Of a DNA stretch of 64,000 nt, positions 44,330 through 55,901 are shown piece by piece. The position numbers and the translations under genes are program-made. The stretch is from Schmidtea nova (lineage: Eukaryota), in assembly GCA_044892505.1 (NCBI GenBank), contig CM097882.1, positions 25,730,001 through 25,794,000 of the forward strand, in the 5' to 3' direction. The stretch's first letter is position 1, and every line of letters begins with the position of its first letter. The notes under the pieces were generated by a model. The model was given only the letters and a program-made list of their open reading frames with translations, was not told the DNA's origin and did not search any database.

Positions 44330-46830
44330 GATTCAACCTCAAAATCACATCTTTTTCATTTGGTTAATTGCTTCTTATTACAGAGACGTCAATGAGTTCA
44401 ATGACGTCAATTTGAATTAAAATGTTATGAATAGCCGCATGGCTGCTGTTGATGAGTTTCATGAACCTATTCACGGTTTGGATCATTTACTCATCTAATA
44501 CGCATTTCTCTTTTGGGGAATACATTATTGCATCCGCTAGTGGGCTTTTTTGCGTGAGATCCAGAATTGGTTTTTAATAGAGTTCTTAATCTTTCATCAA
44601 ATGTTTCAATGTGAGTTTTCGTGTCATCTTCAGCTTGGAGAAGAAAGATGAATTTAGAATAACAGAAGATGTTATAGGCCTCGATCTTTTGATGTGCTCT
44701 TGACTTGTTGTGTAGGCTAATTCTGACTGGGAAACTATCTGATTTAGGAGAATTTGCTTTTGATAGTGTTTAAATTTATTTTGAAAACGTAAAAAATTAA
44801 AACCAAGAAAAAAGGCACTTCTAAAAGTCAGATTGAGCTGAAACTTTCAAAATTGACACATAACCCGATTCATCAAAAGAAATTCAAATTTGAAATTAAA
44901 AATAGGTCATCTGCGTAGGCAAGGATGCTTATCTTTTCGGTTGCTATTTCAATGCCAAGGTTTGATTGTATTAGTCTTTGGAGGACATATTCTATACAAA
45001 GACTAAAAATAGTCATTAATAGAGGGCATCCTTATTTAACTCCTCTTGATTGTATAATCTCGTTGGAAATGGTATTACCACTTTTGAAGGTTGAGTAGCA
45101 GTCCCTATAACATTCTTTCAAATTCTCTAGGGTGTTTCTATGGAGACCCATCTTTGATAGAGTGTGCCAGATTATGTCATATGGGATACTTCCAAATGCA
45201 TCTGCAAGATCAAGAAACACAAGGTGAGTTTCTTGTCCTTTGTATCTTTTCCTGTTGATCCTTTCCTTGCAGGCGAGAATAATATAGTTATACTCGTCAC
45301 AGCAATTAGCTTTATTAACAGCCTTTTGCCATTCTGATATAAGGTCGTTTATTCCGATCCATTTTAGAATTCTTTCGTTCATTATCTTCATATATATTCT
45401 GTAGCTAACCGGCATGATTGTTATGGGTCTCCAGTTGGATGTGATATTTGGATGTTCTGTTTTTCCCGGTTTGATAATAAGTTTGGTTTCGTATTTCTTC
45501 CATGAATTTGGGATAGTATTTGAGTTTTTGATTCTATTAAATATAGGATTAAGACATTCTTGTTGATTATACTCTTTCCATTTTCTTAGTGGGATTCTGT
45601 CCTCGTCTGGTCCAGAATCGTCTATATCCAGCATCATATATTTCGGAGTCAGTTATTCTTTGTATGGTTATCCATTCAGGAGCATTCTTTTTAATTTTGA
45701 TTTTCTTTAATGCTGGTATCGGAGGCTCTCTGGTAAAGTAATTGTTCATGGACTCGTTGTAAGGTCTGGTACAACTATTTTGTCGTTAGTTATTTCCTTG
45801 ATTGCTCTCCCACAACTCAGTTTATACAATCTTTGGATTTGGTATGAGCACTGGATTAGCTTTTTCTCGTTTCGGGATTTCCTTTTCGGGATAAGGTCTT
45901 CATTAAAGTAGTTTTCAAACCATTTGAGAACATCATCGATGCTTAATTGATGTAGTTTAAATAGTTGTATTGTTTTTGAAATTTCTTCTTTTCCTTTGAA
46001 TGGTATTTGATCATTTTGTGTTTTCATTGTGTTTTCATTACAAAAACTCCACAATCGTATTCATTATTTTGTTTTGGATATCTCGGTATTTTGAATTCAT
46101 TTATTCCATTATTTGCATTCGCAGTTATTTCTAGAAATTGATCCATCTTTTTTCTGATATGGTTTTTGTCGATGTCATTTATTTGATCATCAGGATCCAT
46201 TATTACGGAGTTCAGTGTTTGTTTATTCCAGTTAATTAGCCATATTGCCATTTGCCAACCAACAATAGTCTAGGTGTAGGCTGTTAAATAATGCAGTTCT
46301 GTTGTGACTGATCAGATGGTTTGCTGTAATTGTGTTAATATAGCAAATGTTGGTATGACTGTTAGGTTGACTATTGACAATAAATTTGATATATATTTCC
46401 ATTGCCGCAAGGGAAAGCGGACTTGATATTGATGGGATGTCTGATTCCATTACTTTATCATTTGACATGTGGATTAGTCTTCTGCACAGCTTCTCATTTT
46501 GATGTGTTTCAATATGACTTTCAGCGTCTTTGGACCAATTTCACATTGGACGCATTTGATAATGATGTCGATTGGTTTAATCCTGTGGCTTCTGTTGAGA
46601 TGTTGAGTAAATTCCATCAATTGTCCATCAAAGGTCATTTCTGCAATTGCGTCAATCATTTATAAGGTGCTCTTTGGATGGAGCAGAAGAGTTTTTCTTC
46701 AAGTATTTCCAGTCATCAGGAATGCTAGTGATTCAAGAAATCTATCCATTTCATTTCGGGTATCTGGAGGCTTTCCAAATGTTGGTTTAGGATTGTTTCA
46801 ATCAGATAAAACACACGGTCCATAAATCCT
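44330..46830 (-). mobile_element. NeSL-like non-LTR retrotransposon remnant: zinc finger(s), Ulp1-like protease, RT
   Basis: KCVQC...KHIKMRSC; PKQNNEYDCGVFV; NWRPITIM; VFLDLADAFGSIP; GVK*GCP; ILAYADDL near 44910; multiple frameshifts. Confidence 0.8.
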
Positions 46831-47337
46831 TATCAACAATTACAATCCTTATTACCATTGTCAATGACAGCACCTCAAAGTAATTCACCATTTTCACTCG
46901 AATCAACCACTTATTTAAATGAGCAATTGTCAAACAGTCAGCCTGCTTCTGTTGAAGCAAATATTTCAACTGATACCAGCAGAGCCATTGAAACTACAAC
47001 CATTTCCAACAATTTTCAGAGCTATGATAATAATTATTCTCAAACAAAACTTCATTGTAAATTGATTAAAAAGGAATCTTGGAATTTTTTCGAAAGTTTT
47101 GGAAGTTTATTAAAAAACATTTTGGACTTTTTTGATTTTGTTTATGGGCATCTATAAAATTATTTTTGGATTATTATTATTATTATTATTAATATTATAA
47201 TTATTATTACTCCGTCATTTTATATGTTATTATATTATTTATATGTAGAAATTTAATTAAATATCATTATATTTATATATTAAAATCAATTATTAATTTA
47301 TTTATAAAAAAAATCGATTTGTTTAAATCACAAAAAA

Positions 47338-47715
47338 ATGGCACTTTTCACCTTATTCAAAAAACCACAAGCAAAAAGGAATTTAAAAAAAATGGAAGCT
47401 GCACCAATTAAAACCCAACGCAAACCACAAAGTTACCAATTGAATGTTGTTAATAAAAAGAACGCAAATCGTACGAATGAATTCAGTGAGCACAAGAGGC
47501 GATTGAGAAAATCAATCACTCCAGTTATTGCTACAAGCACAAAGATCGATATTTCTACCATTGATATACCAGAGCGCATTAAAGACAGCTATTTCATGAA
47601 GGAAAAGAAGACCAAATCAACTGTGAAATCTGATGATATATCTGCAGCTAAGAAAGAACAATTTGTCTTATTAAATATATTTTCAGCTGCTAAACTAAAA
47701 TTCTTATTATTATGA
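47338..47715 (+). CDS. Basic hypothetical protein (Polinton-associated?)
   Basis: 125-aa ORF with ATG after an AT-rich spacer; no motif recognised. Confidence 0.4.
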   Translation: MALFTLFKKPQAKRNLKKMEAAPIKTQRKPQSYQLNVVNKKNANRTNEFSEHKRRLRKSITPVIATSTKIDISTIDIPERIKDSYFMKEKKTKSTVKSDDISAAKKEQFVLLNIFSAAKLKFLLL

Positions 47716-47876
47716 AAAATTAAAAACTAATGTTTTTTGATAAAAATTTATTAAAATAACAAAGTAAGAAGTTTTCAAAAAACATAAATTTTTAAAAATA
47801 AAACAAGTGAGAATTTATCAACATTTATTAATAAATACACATATATGCGACATCAATGTTATTTATTCGATTCCAT

Positions 47877-48320
47877 CTATCCAATTCTAGCGCTTTTTAT
47901 TTTCCAAATTGGAGACATTGATTCTTTTGGATCGATTTTATATCCTTGGATGGATATATCAATAAACCAATTTTCATTATCCGAATATTCAACTGATTGA
48001 AATGCATCATGAAATTCGGTGTTCCTGTTGTTGATGAATATTGTTTCATTGCAAGATAATTTCTTGTTGATTTTCGTCAACACTTTATTGATTGCAACAA
48101 CATCTTCTTTATAAATCTGACCAATCAAGTTGGAATATTGCGAAGTCGACAGCTTTACCGGATTTGGGACCTTGAAAAAGATTTCGTTTACCAAGAAAAA
48201 CATTTGGTAATCGTGAAACATCTGAACCGGTTGTAAATCAAATTTGTTTTGAATTGATTTGTTATCGTTCCTAACTGGTTTCATTTTAATTGGACTCGAT
48301 TTGATGAAAATATTTTGCAT
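47877..48320 (-). CDS. Hypothetical protein (Polinton-associated?)
   Basis: 147-aa ORF with normal composition; 5' end may be lost in the gap or duplication. Confidence 0.45.
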   Translation of the reverse strand: MQNIFIKSSPIKMKPVRNDNKSIQNKFDLQPVQMFHDYQMFFLVNEIFFKVPNPVKLSTSQYSNLIGQIYKEDVVAINKVLTKINKKLSCNETIFINNRNTEFHDAFQSVEYSDNENWFIDISIQGYKIDPKESMSPIWKIKSARIG

Positions 48321-49210
48321 TTTATGAACAAGACTATTTTTATTCTATTATTTATACTCTTCATTGTCTTTGTGCATCCAATCAAATTTTTGCACGTGTC
48401 TTGCAAATCGATTACACATGTATGCAAGTTGACGATTATCTCTCTACCTCAATTTCTTTCTATTGTAAGTTATTTACATATCTATNNNNNNNNNNNNNNN
48501 NNNNNNNNNNNNNNNNNNNNNNNNNNNNNNNNNNNNNNNNNNNNNNNNNNNNNNNNNNNNNNNNNNNNNNNNNNNNNNNNNNNNNNNNNNNNNNNNNNNN
48601 NNNNNNNNNNNNNNNNNNNNNNACATAAAAAATCAACAAAATTAAAAACTAATGTTTTTTTGTGTTTTGATAAACCTAATATATAAACAATAAAACGACA
48701 AAAGAACATTTTTAAAATAAATATTTATTTATTTACATCAAGCTTTCGTTCATAACGATCCAGCTGATATAAGATTTCCTCGCGATCTTTTAAATTTATA
48801 CTCTTCATTGTCTGTGTGCATCCAATCAAATTTTTGCACGTGTCTTGCAAATCGATTACACATGTATGCAAGTTGACGATTATCTCTCTACCTCAATTTC
48901 TTTCTATTGTAAGTTATTTACATATCTATNNNNNNNNNNNNNNNNNNNNNNNNNNNNNNNNNNNNNNNNNNNNNNNNNNNNNNNNNNNNNNNNNNNNNNN
49001 NNNNNNNNNNNNNNNNNNNNNNNNNNNNNNNNNNNNNNNNNNNNNNNNNNNNNNNNNNNNNNNNNNNNNNNNNNNNNNNNNNNNNNNNNNNNNNNNNNNN
49101 NNNNNNNNACATAAAAAATCAACAAAATTAAAAACTAATGTTTTTTTGTGTTTTGATAAACCTAATATATAAACAATAAAACGACAAAAGAACATTTTTA
49201 AAATAAATAT

Positions 49211-49470
49211 TTATTTATTTACATCAAGCTTTCGTTCATAACGATCCAGCTGATATAAGATTTCCTCGCGATCTTTTAAATATGTCCAATTGGGACAACA
49301 TTTGCAATGAAAGCAGCAAATCGGTTCAATTTTCAACTGATTTTTCTTCCTATGCTCTGTAATGATATCCTTGATATCGATTCCAGTAAGCATAAATATT
49401 TTTACTGGGATCAATTCTGGAGCCCAGTACGTTAAATCCTTCAACCGTTTCGATAAATACTTGGGTAAGT
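49211..49470 (-). CDS. Small Cys-rich hypothetical protein
   Basis: KNLPKYLSKRLKDLTYWAPELIP...ICCFHCKCCPNW; start unresolved. Confidence 0.4.
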
Positions 49471-49648
49471 TCTTCTAAATATAAAATTAATAAAAATTAA
49501 TATATTATTTAAAGATATTTACCGACTGTAGATTTATCTTGCATTTTGATAAAAATAATGAATAATTTACGTGTTTATATATGAAATATAGTAACACACA
49601 ACAACCAATAAAAAACATACACACTCATTACGTATACATTACAAATAC

Positions 49649-50118
49649 TTAGGTAATACTTAGTAAAAAGTTTAGGAATTCTTCCTCATCAATCATCGAT
49701 TTTATTTCGTTAACAATTTGTTCAACCAAATCATGATAATCCAAAGTTTTAATACCAAGTATTACTATTTTGCCACTTGCAAAAACGTTTACACATAATG
49801 GATTAAATTTAGAATATCTCAAAGCTGGAAATATTTCTGGTTCATAAACACAATTAGATTTTTTCAATAATAAATATAAATTAACATGGGATCCTATATC
49901 TGCAGTCACTGTAATTGATTGAATTTGAATATTTTCTATTGGATATTGTAAATCTTCATTTTTAAAGGTTTTTTGCACCCCATAATTTGACATTTACCTG
50001 ATTTGAAAAATATAATCGTATACTTTCCACTTCTATCGACAATTTGTTGAGGTTTCCCCATTGGAAATTGCATGTGCGAAACTGAGCATTTACCTTTATA
50101 ATTTATGTTGGTCAACAT
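49649..50118 (-). pseudogene. TATA-binding-protein-like gene, single frameshift near 49960
   Basis: Repeat 1 TIIFFKSGKCQIMGCK; repeat 2 IQIQSITVTADIG...YEPEIFPALRY...VNVFASGKIVILGIK, matching TBP YEPELFPGLIY...IFVSGKVVLTGAK. Confidence 0.85.
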
Positions 50119-50573
50119 TTATGATGTAATAATAATTTAAATATTTTTTATTCGTGTAAAACAATTAATTAAAACAAATATAAACAATAACAATTTCTTT
50201 AATATTTTAAATGGAATTGAGAAACGATGCAGTATATCAAATTGTCGGTCCAAGTGGAGGTGGAAAAACTTTATTTGTTTGTAAATTATTACAATCAAAA
50301 TTATTCAAATCAAAATTTAATAAAATTTATTGGCATAGGGGAGCTGATGATGAACATGGAATGACTCAAGATCAATTCTGTAAAATTAAAATGACAAAAG
50401 GGATTCGATAAAAACTGATCGTCTAGATTACGAAGTTGTGATGTAATTATTATTGATGATTTGTATCAAGAAGCAAATAAAGAGAAGGATTTCAATAATT
50501 TATTCACAAAAATTGCTAGGCATAAAGGAGTTACAGTTATTTTTATTACTCAGAATTTATTTCATCAGGGTGG

Positions 50574-51013
50574 TGTAATGTTCTGTAGACACACCAATCT
50601 ATCAAATAGTGTTTTGGAGTTTTTATTATTATGTTGATGTATCTCTTGTTTCATTGTATATTCTACACACCATAATAACTCTCGTCGGTAACGTTTGAAT
50701 ATATATTTTTAACTGTATATGTTTATTTATGTCTGTTCGAATTAATAATTACCAATTGTGTTTTCTGTTCGCTGATGATAACATTACATCATTTGATTAG
50801 AGATGTGATTATCATTGAATGCTTTGTCTTATTTATATTTAATGTTATGTAATTAATTAAAGTTATGTGAATTAATGTTATGAAAAAAAAATGTTAAAAA
50901 TCTAGTAATCCTAAATATTTTATTATTTGTTTAAAAAACTTGTTAAGCGGTTAACCCGCACGATATCACAAATAAAAAAATATATTGGTTATCGATTACT
51001 TGTTAATTAAATG

Positions 51014-51057
<44 letters not shown>

Positions 51058-52575
51058 GAAATTCTCGACTTTGATATTCAAAGGTAAAGAAGTTGATGAA
51101 CACTTCAGAAACCACACTCTGATTCATATCAAAAAGTTGCAAACAGAATCCATCAAACTGGCCTTGTTGTTCGACTCAATAATATGTTTATTTTATTCAC
51201 TTTCTAGGATCGGTTCGTTTTATGTCAATGTTTTGCGTTTTACTTGGTACTACGACTATGAGCTTATCTATCCTTGGGTAGCTATCCTAATTGATGTTTT
51301 GCTCACTTTGATCAATGTGTTGGTATCCCTAGTTCATCCAAGTGAAATCGAAAACGTCGTAATTCGGATGTTATTTCAAATTATATATTTCACTGTTGTT
51401 CGAGTAATTCTGACTCTTATTATTTCTAGTTTGCCATACGTAACCAGCTATATGATTGGTGAACCTCTATTTTACATTTGGAGGTACCAAAGTAGATACG
51501 TAACTTTTATTTTATTCGGAATGGTAGATCACTGCTTTTATCATGGTTGCCATTATTTTATCAAAATCATAACATTAATTCCTATGACAGCTTTCACTGC
51601 GTATTCGTTTTTTTTGAAGAGTGTGGCTATCTCAAAGTTATTAGGATCCAGAGGAGTTTAGAGGAATGTACAAGTTACATTCAAATTTTTTACTACTATG
51701 ACAATTGCTTAGCGTATTTATTTTTAACATTTCAATTGCTCGAAATCCTATCAGTAATTTATTTTGTAATTCGACAAAATGAAAAGATTATTCGCGTTCT
51801 TTTCTATGCGGAACGCGAAGCGTCAATAAGAAAGCGAGAATCTAAACGAGCTAAAAAGGTTGCAGAAAATCTCCTATATAACGTAATCCCGGACTTATAC
51901 TGTCCGCGGAATCCAATCGTGATATTTTTACTCATTATTGTACACAGTCATCAAATGTTACAGATTACTTATTCGACCTCCTCATTACTGGTAAAAGTTT
52001 ATTACTACGCGTTATTAAATGGCTGAAGACATTTGGCAATTGTAAAATATTCTGTCAAACAAATATTTGCGCATGTGGGTTGACAAATGTCCTACGCTGT
52101 TGCCAGAACTATCTAGGCGTACAACATGTAAAAACACAAGGATTAAAAATCGCCGTTACTGATATAAAAAAATAACATTAAATATGTGTTTTTATTCAAA
52201 TTATAGAACTATGAGTGAACTAGCATCTGACAATTATATCAGCGCAATCCGAATTATTGGACAAGCATTTTCTAATAAGAAAACCTCCAGTGGAACACTC
52301 CCTTATGAGATCCACCTTGGGGAAGTACCCGACGATTCCGATCGACCGTTGGTTTATCCTGGAATCCATCTTACGTTTCTATTTGGCATGAATGAGTGCA
52401 TGGTAACAAATTTCCGTAAATTGAATACAGCCTATAAATATTCCAAGACAAAAGTATTGTTAAATTTATTTATAAGATTATGTAAGATTAAAAGCGAGTG
52501 AACAAATATAAAATTGATGAATCGGCAACCACACCAAAAATCAGAATACCTTGGTGTGATTTCCGGTTCATCAAA
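50574..52575 (+). mobile_element. 2-kb insertion of unknown class inside the ATPase
   Basis: Flanked by direct repeat GGTGG (50569-50573, 52576-52580); begins TGTAATG; removal restores HQGGSHR in frame. Confidence 0.7.
51056..52026 (+). pseudogene. Multi-pass membrane protein fragment resembling the transmembrane-to-catalytic linker of membrane adenylyl cyclases; no catalytic domain
   Basis: Several hydrophobic segments followed by FVIRQNEKIIRVLFYAEREASIRKRESKRAKKVAENLLYNVIP; frameshift near 51655. Confidence 0.55.
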
Positions 52576-52856
52576 GGTGGTAGTCATCGAACTCGAAATT
52601 TGAATGTTCAATATCTAGTTATTTTTAAAAATCCTAGAGATGCTACAGTTATTGATTTTCTTGCAAGACAAGCTTACCCTAATAATCGGAATTTCTTGAT
52701 CAATGCATTTTAAGATGCAACTAAAATCCCACATGGATATATTTTTCTCGATTTTACTCAACAATGTAGCGATGAATTACGTGTTAGAACTGATATTTTT
52801 AACAAAGAAGGAGCAATGGTTTATAAACAAAGTTAAATTCGTGTTCGAAATTAATC

Positions 52857-53402
52857 ATGAGACTTAAAGCACGAGCTAAACATCCAAAGCTATCAAAACT
52901 AAGAAAAGTTAATAAAAAGAATCGTGAAACATTAATTCCATCTAAAACGAGTTTCACAACTCCGAAAAAATTAATAACCGAAAATTTTCCCAAAATGAAT
53001 CTAATTTCACACAATTCAAAACCCGATACACCAAAGATACCAAAGGCAACTGCAAGTAAAAATTCTAAAAATCAACGCAGTTTTCCATTTTTCAATGCCT
53101 TACTCAAGGCTCCAAGCATTAGAAGAATGAGTATTTTACAATCGTTTCCCAATTATGTTATTGATGATTTACTTGATGTTATAGTGAAAATTGTCAGAGG
53201 TAAAATTAATATCAGTAAATCAAACAAAAATGTATTGAACAAACACAAGAAACCATTATTATCACTCGTAAATACTAAAAATCGAAAACAAATGCGTAAA
53301 ATAATATATAAACAACATGGAGGGTTTATTGCTGCTCTATTACCATTAGCATTATCTTTATTGGGTGGAGCAGGATTACTGGGAAAACCTTCAACATCAT
53401 AA
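52857..53402 (+). CDS. Basic Polinton protein with C-terminal QHGGFIAALLPLALSLLGG motif (putative core or membrane-active virion protein)
   Basis: 181-aa Lys-rich ORF; GG motifs resemble adenain cleavage sites. Confidence 0.7.
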   Translation: MRLKARAKHPKLSKLRKVNKKNRETLIPSKTSFTTPKKLITENFPKMNLISHNSKPDTPKIPKATASKNSKNQRSFPFFNALLKAPSIRRMSILQSFPNYVIDDLLDVIVKIVRGKINISKSNKNVLNKHKKPLLSLVNTKNRKQMRKIIYKQHGGFIAALLPLALSLLGGAGLLGKPSTS

Positions 53403-53479
53403 ACAATGGGACAAACTCCTTTGAGTCATTTATCTAATCTTACATTAAATTTTAAATCTTCTTGTTGTAATGCAGAAGA

Positions 53480-54524
53480 TATGGACAAATCCAAAAGACC
53501 CGGCAGGTTTCGGTGGAGTCGAAAAGCTAAAGAAAAAAGTCCCAAACTCGAAAAAAGAAACTCAAAAATGGTTATCGGGACAACTGGAATACAATCTAAA
53601 CAAACCGGCATTGAAACGATTTCCAACAAGAGCATATTAAACATATGGCATTAATGACTTGTGGCAAATGGATTTGATGGAAATGATTCCCTATTCAAAT
53701 ATTAACAAGGGATATAAATATATTTTAACATGTATCGATGTTTTCAATAGATTTGCTAGGGCTATTCCAACTAAAACAAAGTCTGCAAACGAAATGGCTG
53801 TTGCGATCAAAACAATGTTTGAATCTGATCGTCCAAAGAATTTACAAACTGATTTGGGTAAGAATGTATACTAATTTTATCCGTTTTTAATTATAATTTA
53901 GGTAAAGAATTTTACAATAGTAAAGTCAAAGAAGTTTTGGCCGGGATTAATCACTATTCGGTGTTCTCTCAATTCAAAGCAGCCCATGTTGAAAGATTTA
54001 ATCGTACATTAAGAGATCGACTAAAAAAATATTTTGTGCATCAAGGTAATAAAACATGGATTAATGTACTACTAAAAATAATACATAGTTATAATCATTC
54101 GCCGCATAAAGGAATAAATGGATTGAGACCTATTGATGTTTCAACGAAAAATACTGGATCTCACAAATTAAAAACTAATATAAAGAAACCGAAATATAAA
54201 ATTGGTGATCATGTTCGAATTAGTAAGATTAGCGCTTCGCCATTCATCAAAAATTTTGATAGTAATTGGAGTGATGAGGTATTTCACATCTCAAAAATTA
54301 ATACTATCCAAGATCCTGTCATGTATGTTATTTCTGACTCTGACAATAATGTCGTCAGTGGGAAATTTTATGAACAAGAATTACAAGTTATTCCTCCGCC
54401 AACTGTATTTAGAATTCAAAAAATATTAAAAACTAAAATTGTGGGTAATAATAAACAATACTACGTAAAGTGGCATGGATATCAAAACCCGTCATGGATA
54501 TCATCAAAAGATCTAGTAAAATGA
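53480..54524 (+). pseudogene. Polinton rve integrase with C-terminal chromodomain; one 44-nt intron (53858-53901); 5' part frameshifted
   Basis: WQMDLMEM, IDVFNRFA, LQTDLG^KEFYN, HVERFNRTLR, YYVKWHGY. Confidence 0.92.
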
Positions 54525-55516
54525 ATTTTTATATGATTTTACCAAGTAATAGTTGCCCATTAATTCATCCAGATAATCAAGCTAGTAAATTCATGATCAA
54601 TTTACAAAATACAATTTATTTACGTGGTAATTGGGAAGTTGCATTGCAAGATTTCACATTTGTATATAACAATTTTCCTTATTACAGTCAATGCAAAATT
54701 TACTACACGATAGTTAGAACTGAAACTGTAAATGAATACTTTCAAGTTCAAATTAATTATGAAGATACTCAATATTTGAATGATAAAGTTGAATTACATA
54801 TAGATAAAATATATTTACATATAAATTGTGATATAACACCATTTTATTTTAAGTTTGAAAATATAGAAGATGCGAATAAATTTGGGTTTAATGAATTAAA
54901 AATCATTAGCAACAATTCAACTTATAAAATGCTTATTCCTTCTGATTATTCATCAGAGAAAATGCATATATCAATAAGTTATGATTTAGAAACAGATTTA
55001 CTTTATGAATTCCAAGATGAAATATACATGACAAAAGTTGAAGATTTATATAATTATTTGTCAATTTTCTGTTCTCATATATTTCAAGGTGTTGAAATTA
55101 TTGACAATGTATTCAAATTTAAACTGAAAGACGAAGTGAAAGAAGTTATATTTGATCAAAGACTGATCAATACACTTGGATTAAAATATGAAAAATATCA
55201 AGATAGAGAAGTTAAAGGAATTCGCAAAGCCAAATTATTTAATCATCATCAACAAATGTTTATTTACAGTAACATTATTGAACCAATTATTGTCGGTGAT
55301 TCTCTAGTTCCTTTACTGAAATCAGTTTGGATTAATAAATATGAACAAGATGAAGTAGTACAAATTGTTGTTGATAATCCCATGTATTTATCGCTTTCAA
55401 ATTCATGTATAAACAATATTGAGATTAATATTCGTGACGATAGTGGAAAGCTTATCAACTTTTCAAAAGATTCAAAAACACATTTGACATTACATTTTCG
55501 TAAATTAGATGATTAA
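54521..55516 (+). CDS. Minor capsid (penton-like) protein
   Basis: MNFYMILPSNS...WEVAL...FIYSNIIEPIIVGDSLVPLL...IEINIRDDSG...LTLHFR; ATGA overlap with the integrase stop. Confidence 0.85.
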   Translation: MNFYMILPSNSCPLIHPDNQASKFMINLQNTIYLRGNWEVALQDFTFVYNNFPYYSQCKIYYTIVRTETVNEYFQVQINYEDTQYLNDKVELHIDKIYLHINCDITPFYFKFENIEDANKFGFNELKIISNNSTYKMLIPSDYSSEKMHISISYDLETDLLYEFQDEIYMTKVEDLYNYLSIFCSHIFQGVEIIDNVFKFKLKDEVKEVIFDQRLINTLGLKYEKYQDREVKGIRKAKLFNHHQQMFIYSNIIEPIIVGDSLVPLLKSVWINKYEQDEVVQIVVDNPMYLSLSNSCINNIEINIRDDSGKLINFSKDSKTHLTLHFRKLDD

Positions 55517-55901
55517 TCCGGACATAATTTCACTGTATAGTAACGTACAAACTGGTGAGGAGATACCATATTTTGTTGGGAAACAGTATGGATCTGGTTG
55601 GTTAAGGACTATTGGGCGATTTGCACTCCCAATTCTTAAACGATTAGGTAGTTTTGGTTTGAAAACTGCCAAAGATGTGATCATGAATGATCAGAAAATA
55701 TTCCCATCATTGAAAACAAATGCATTGTCTGCTATTGGCAAAGTACTGCCTACTGTGATTAGTATGATTCCTGGTGTAACAAGTATGTTTAATAAAGATG
55801 AACCTGAACCTGAACCGGAACAAGTGGGGCCTAGACGTAAAAAACATCGAAGGTATATAAACAATAGAATGAAAGGACATGGAACTATATTTGCAAAATG
55901 A
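55509..55901 (+). CDS. Conserved Polinton virion protein upstream of the MCP, with amphipathic GSGWLRTIGRFALPILK segment
   Basis: QYGSGWLRTIGRFALPILKRLG motif; position between minor and major capsid genes. Confidence 0.7.
   Translation: MINPDIISLYSNVQTGEEIPYFVGKQYGSGWLRTIGRFALPILKRLGSFGLKTAKDVIMNDQKIFPSLKTNALSAIGKVLPTVISMIPGVTSMFNKDEPEPEPEQVGPRRKKHRRYINNRMKGHGTIFAK

Larger units (their letters stand above)
50211..52836 (+). pseudogene. A32/FtsK-like packaging ATPase split by a 2-kb insert (50574-52575)
   Basis: GPSGGGKT, IIIDDLY, ARHKGVTVIFITQNLFHQGG | SHRTRNLNVQYLVIFKNPRD...PHGYIFLD; also one frameshift and two nonsense codons. Confidence 0.9.

Noticed and set aside
48350-49285. Tandem duplication of about 300 nt around two N gaps
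   Set aside because: Identical flanks on both gaps are typical of scaffolding or gap-filling duplication.
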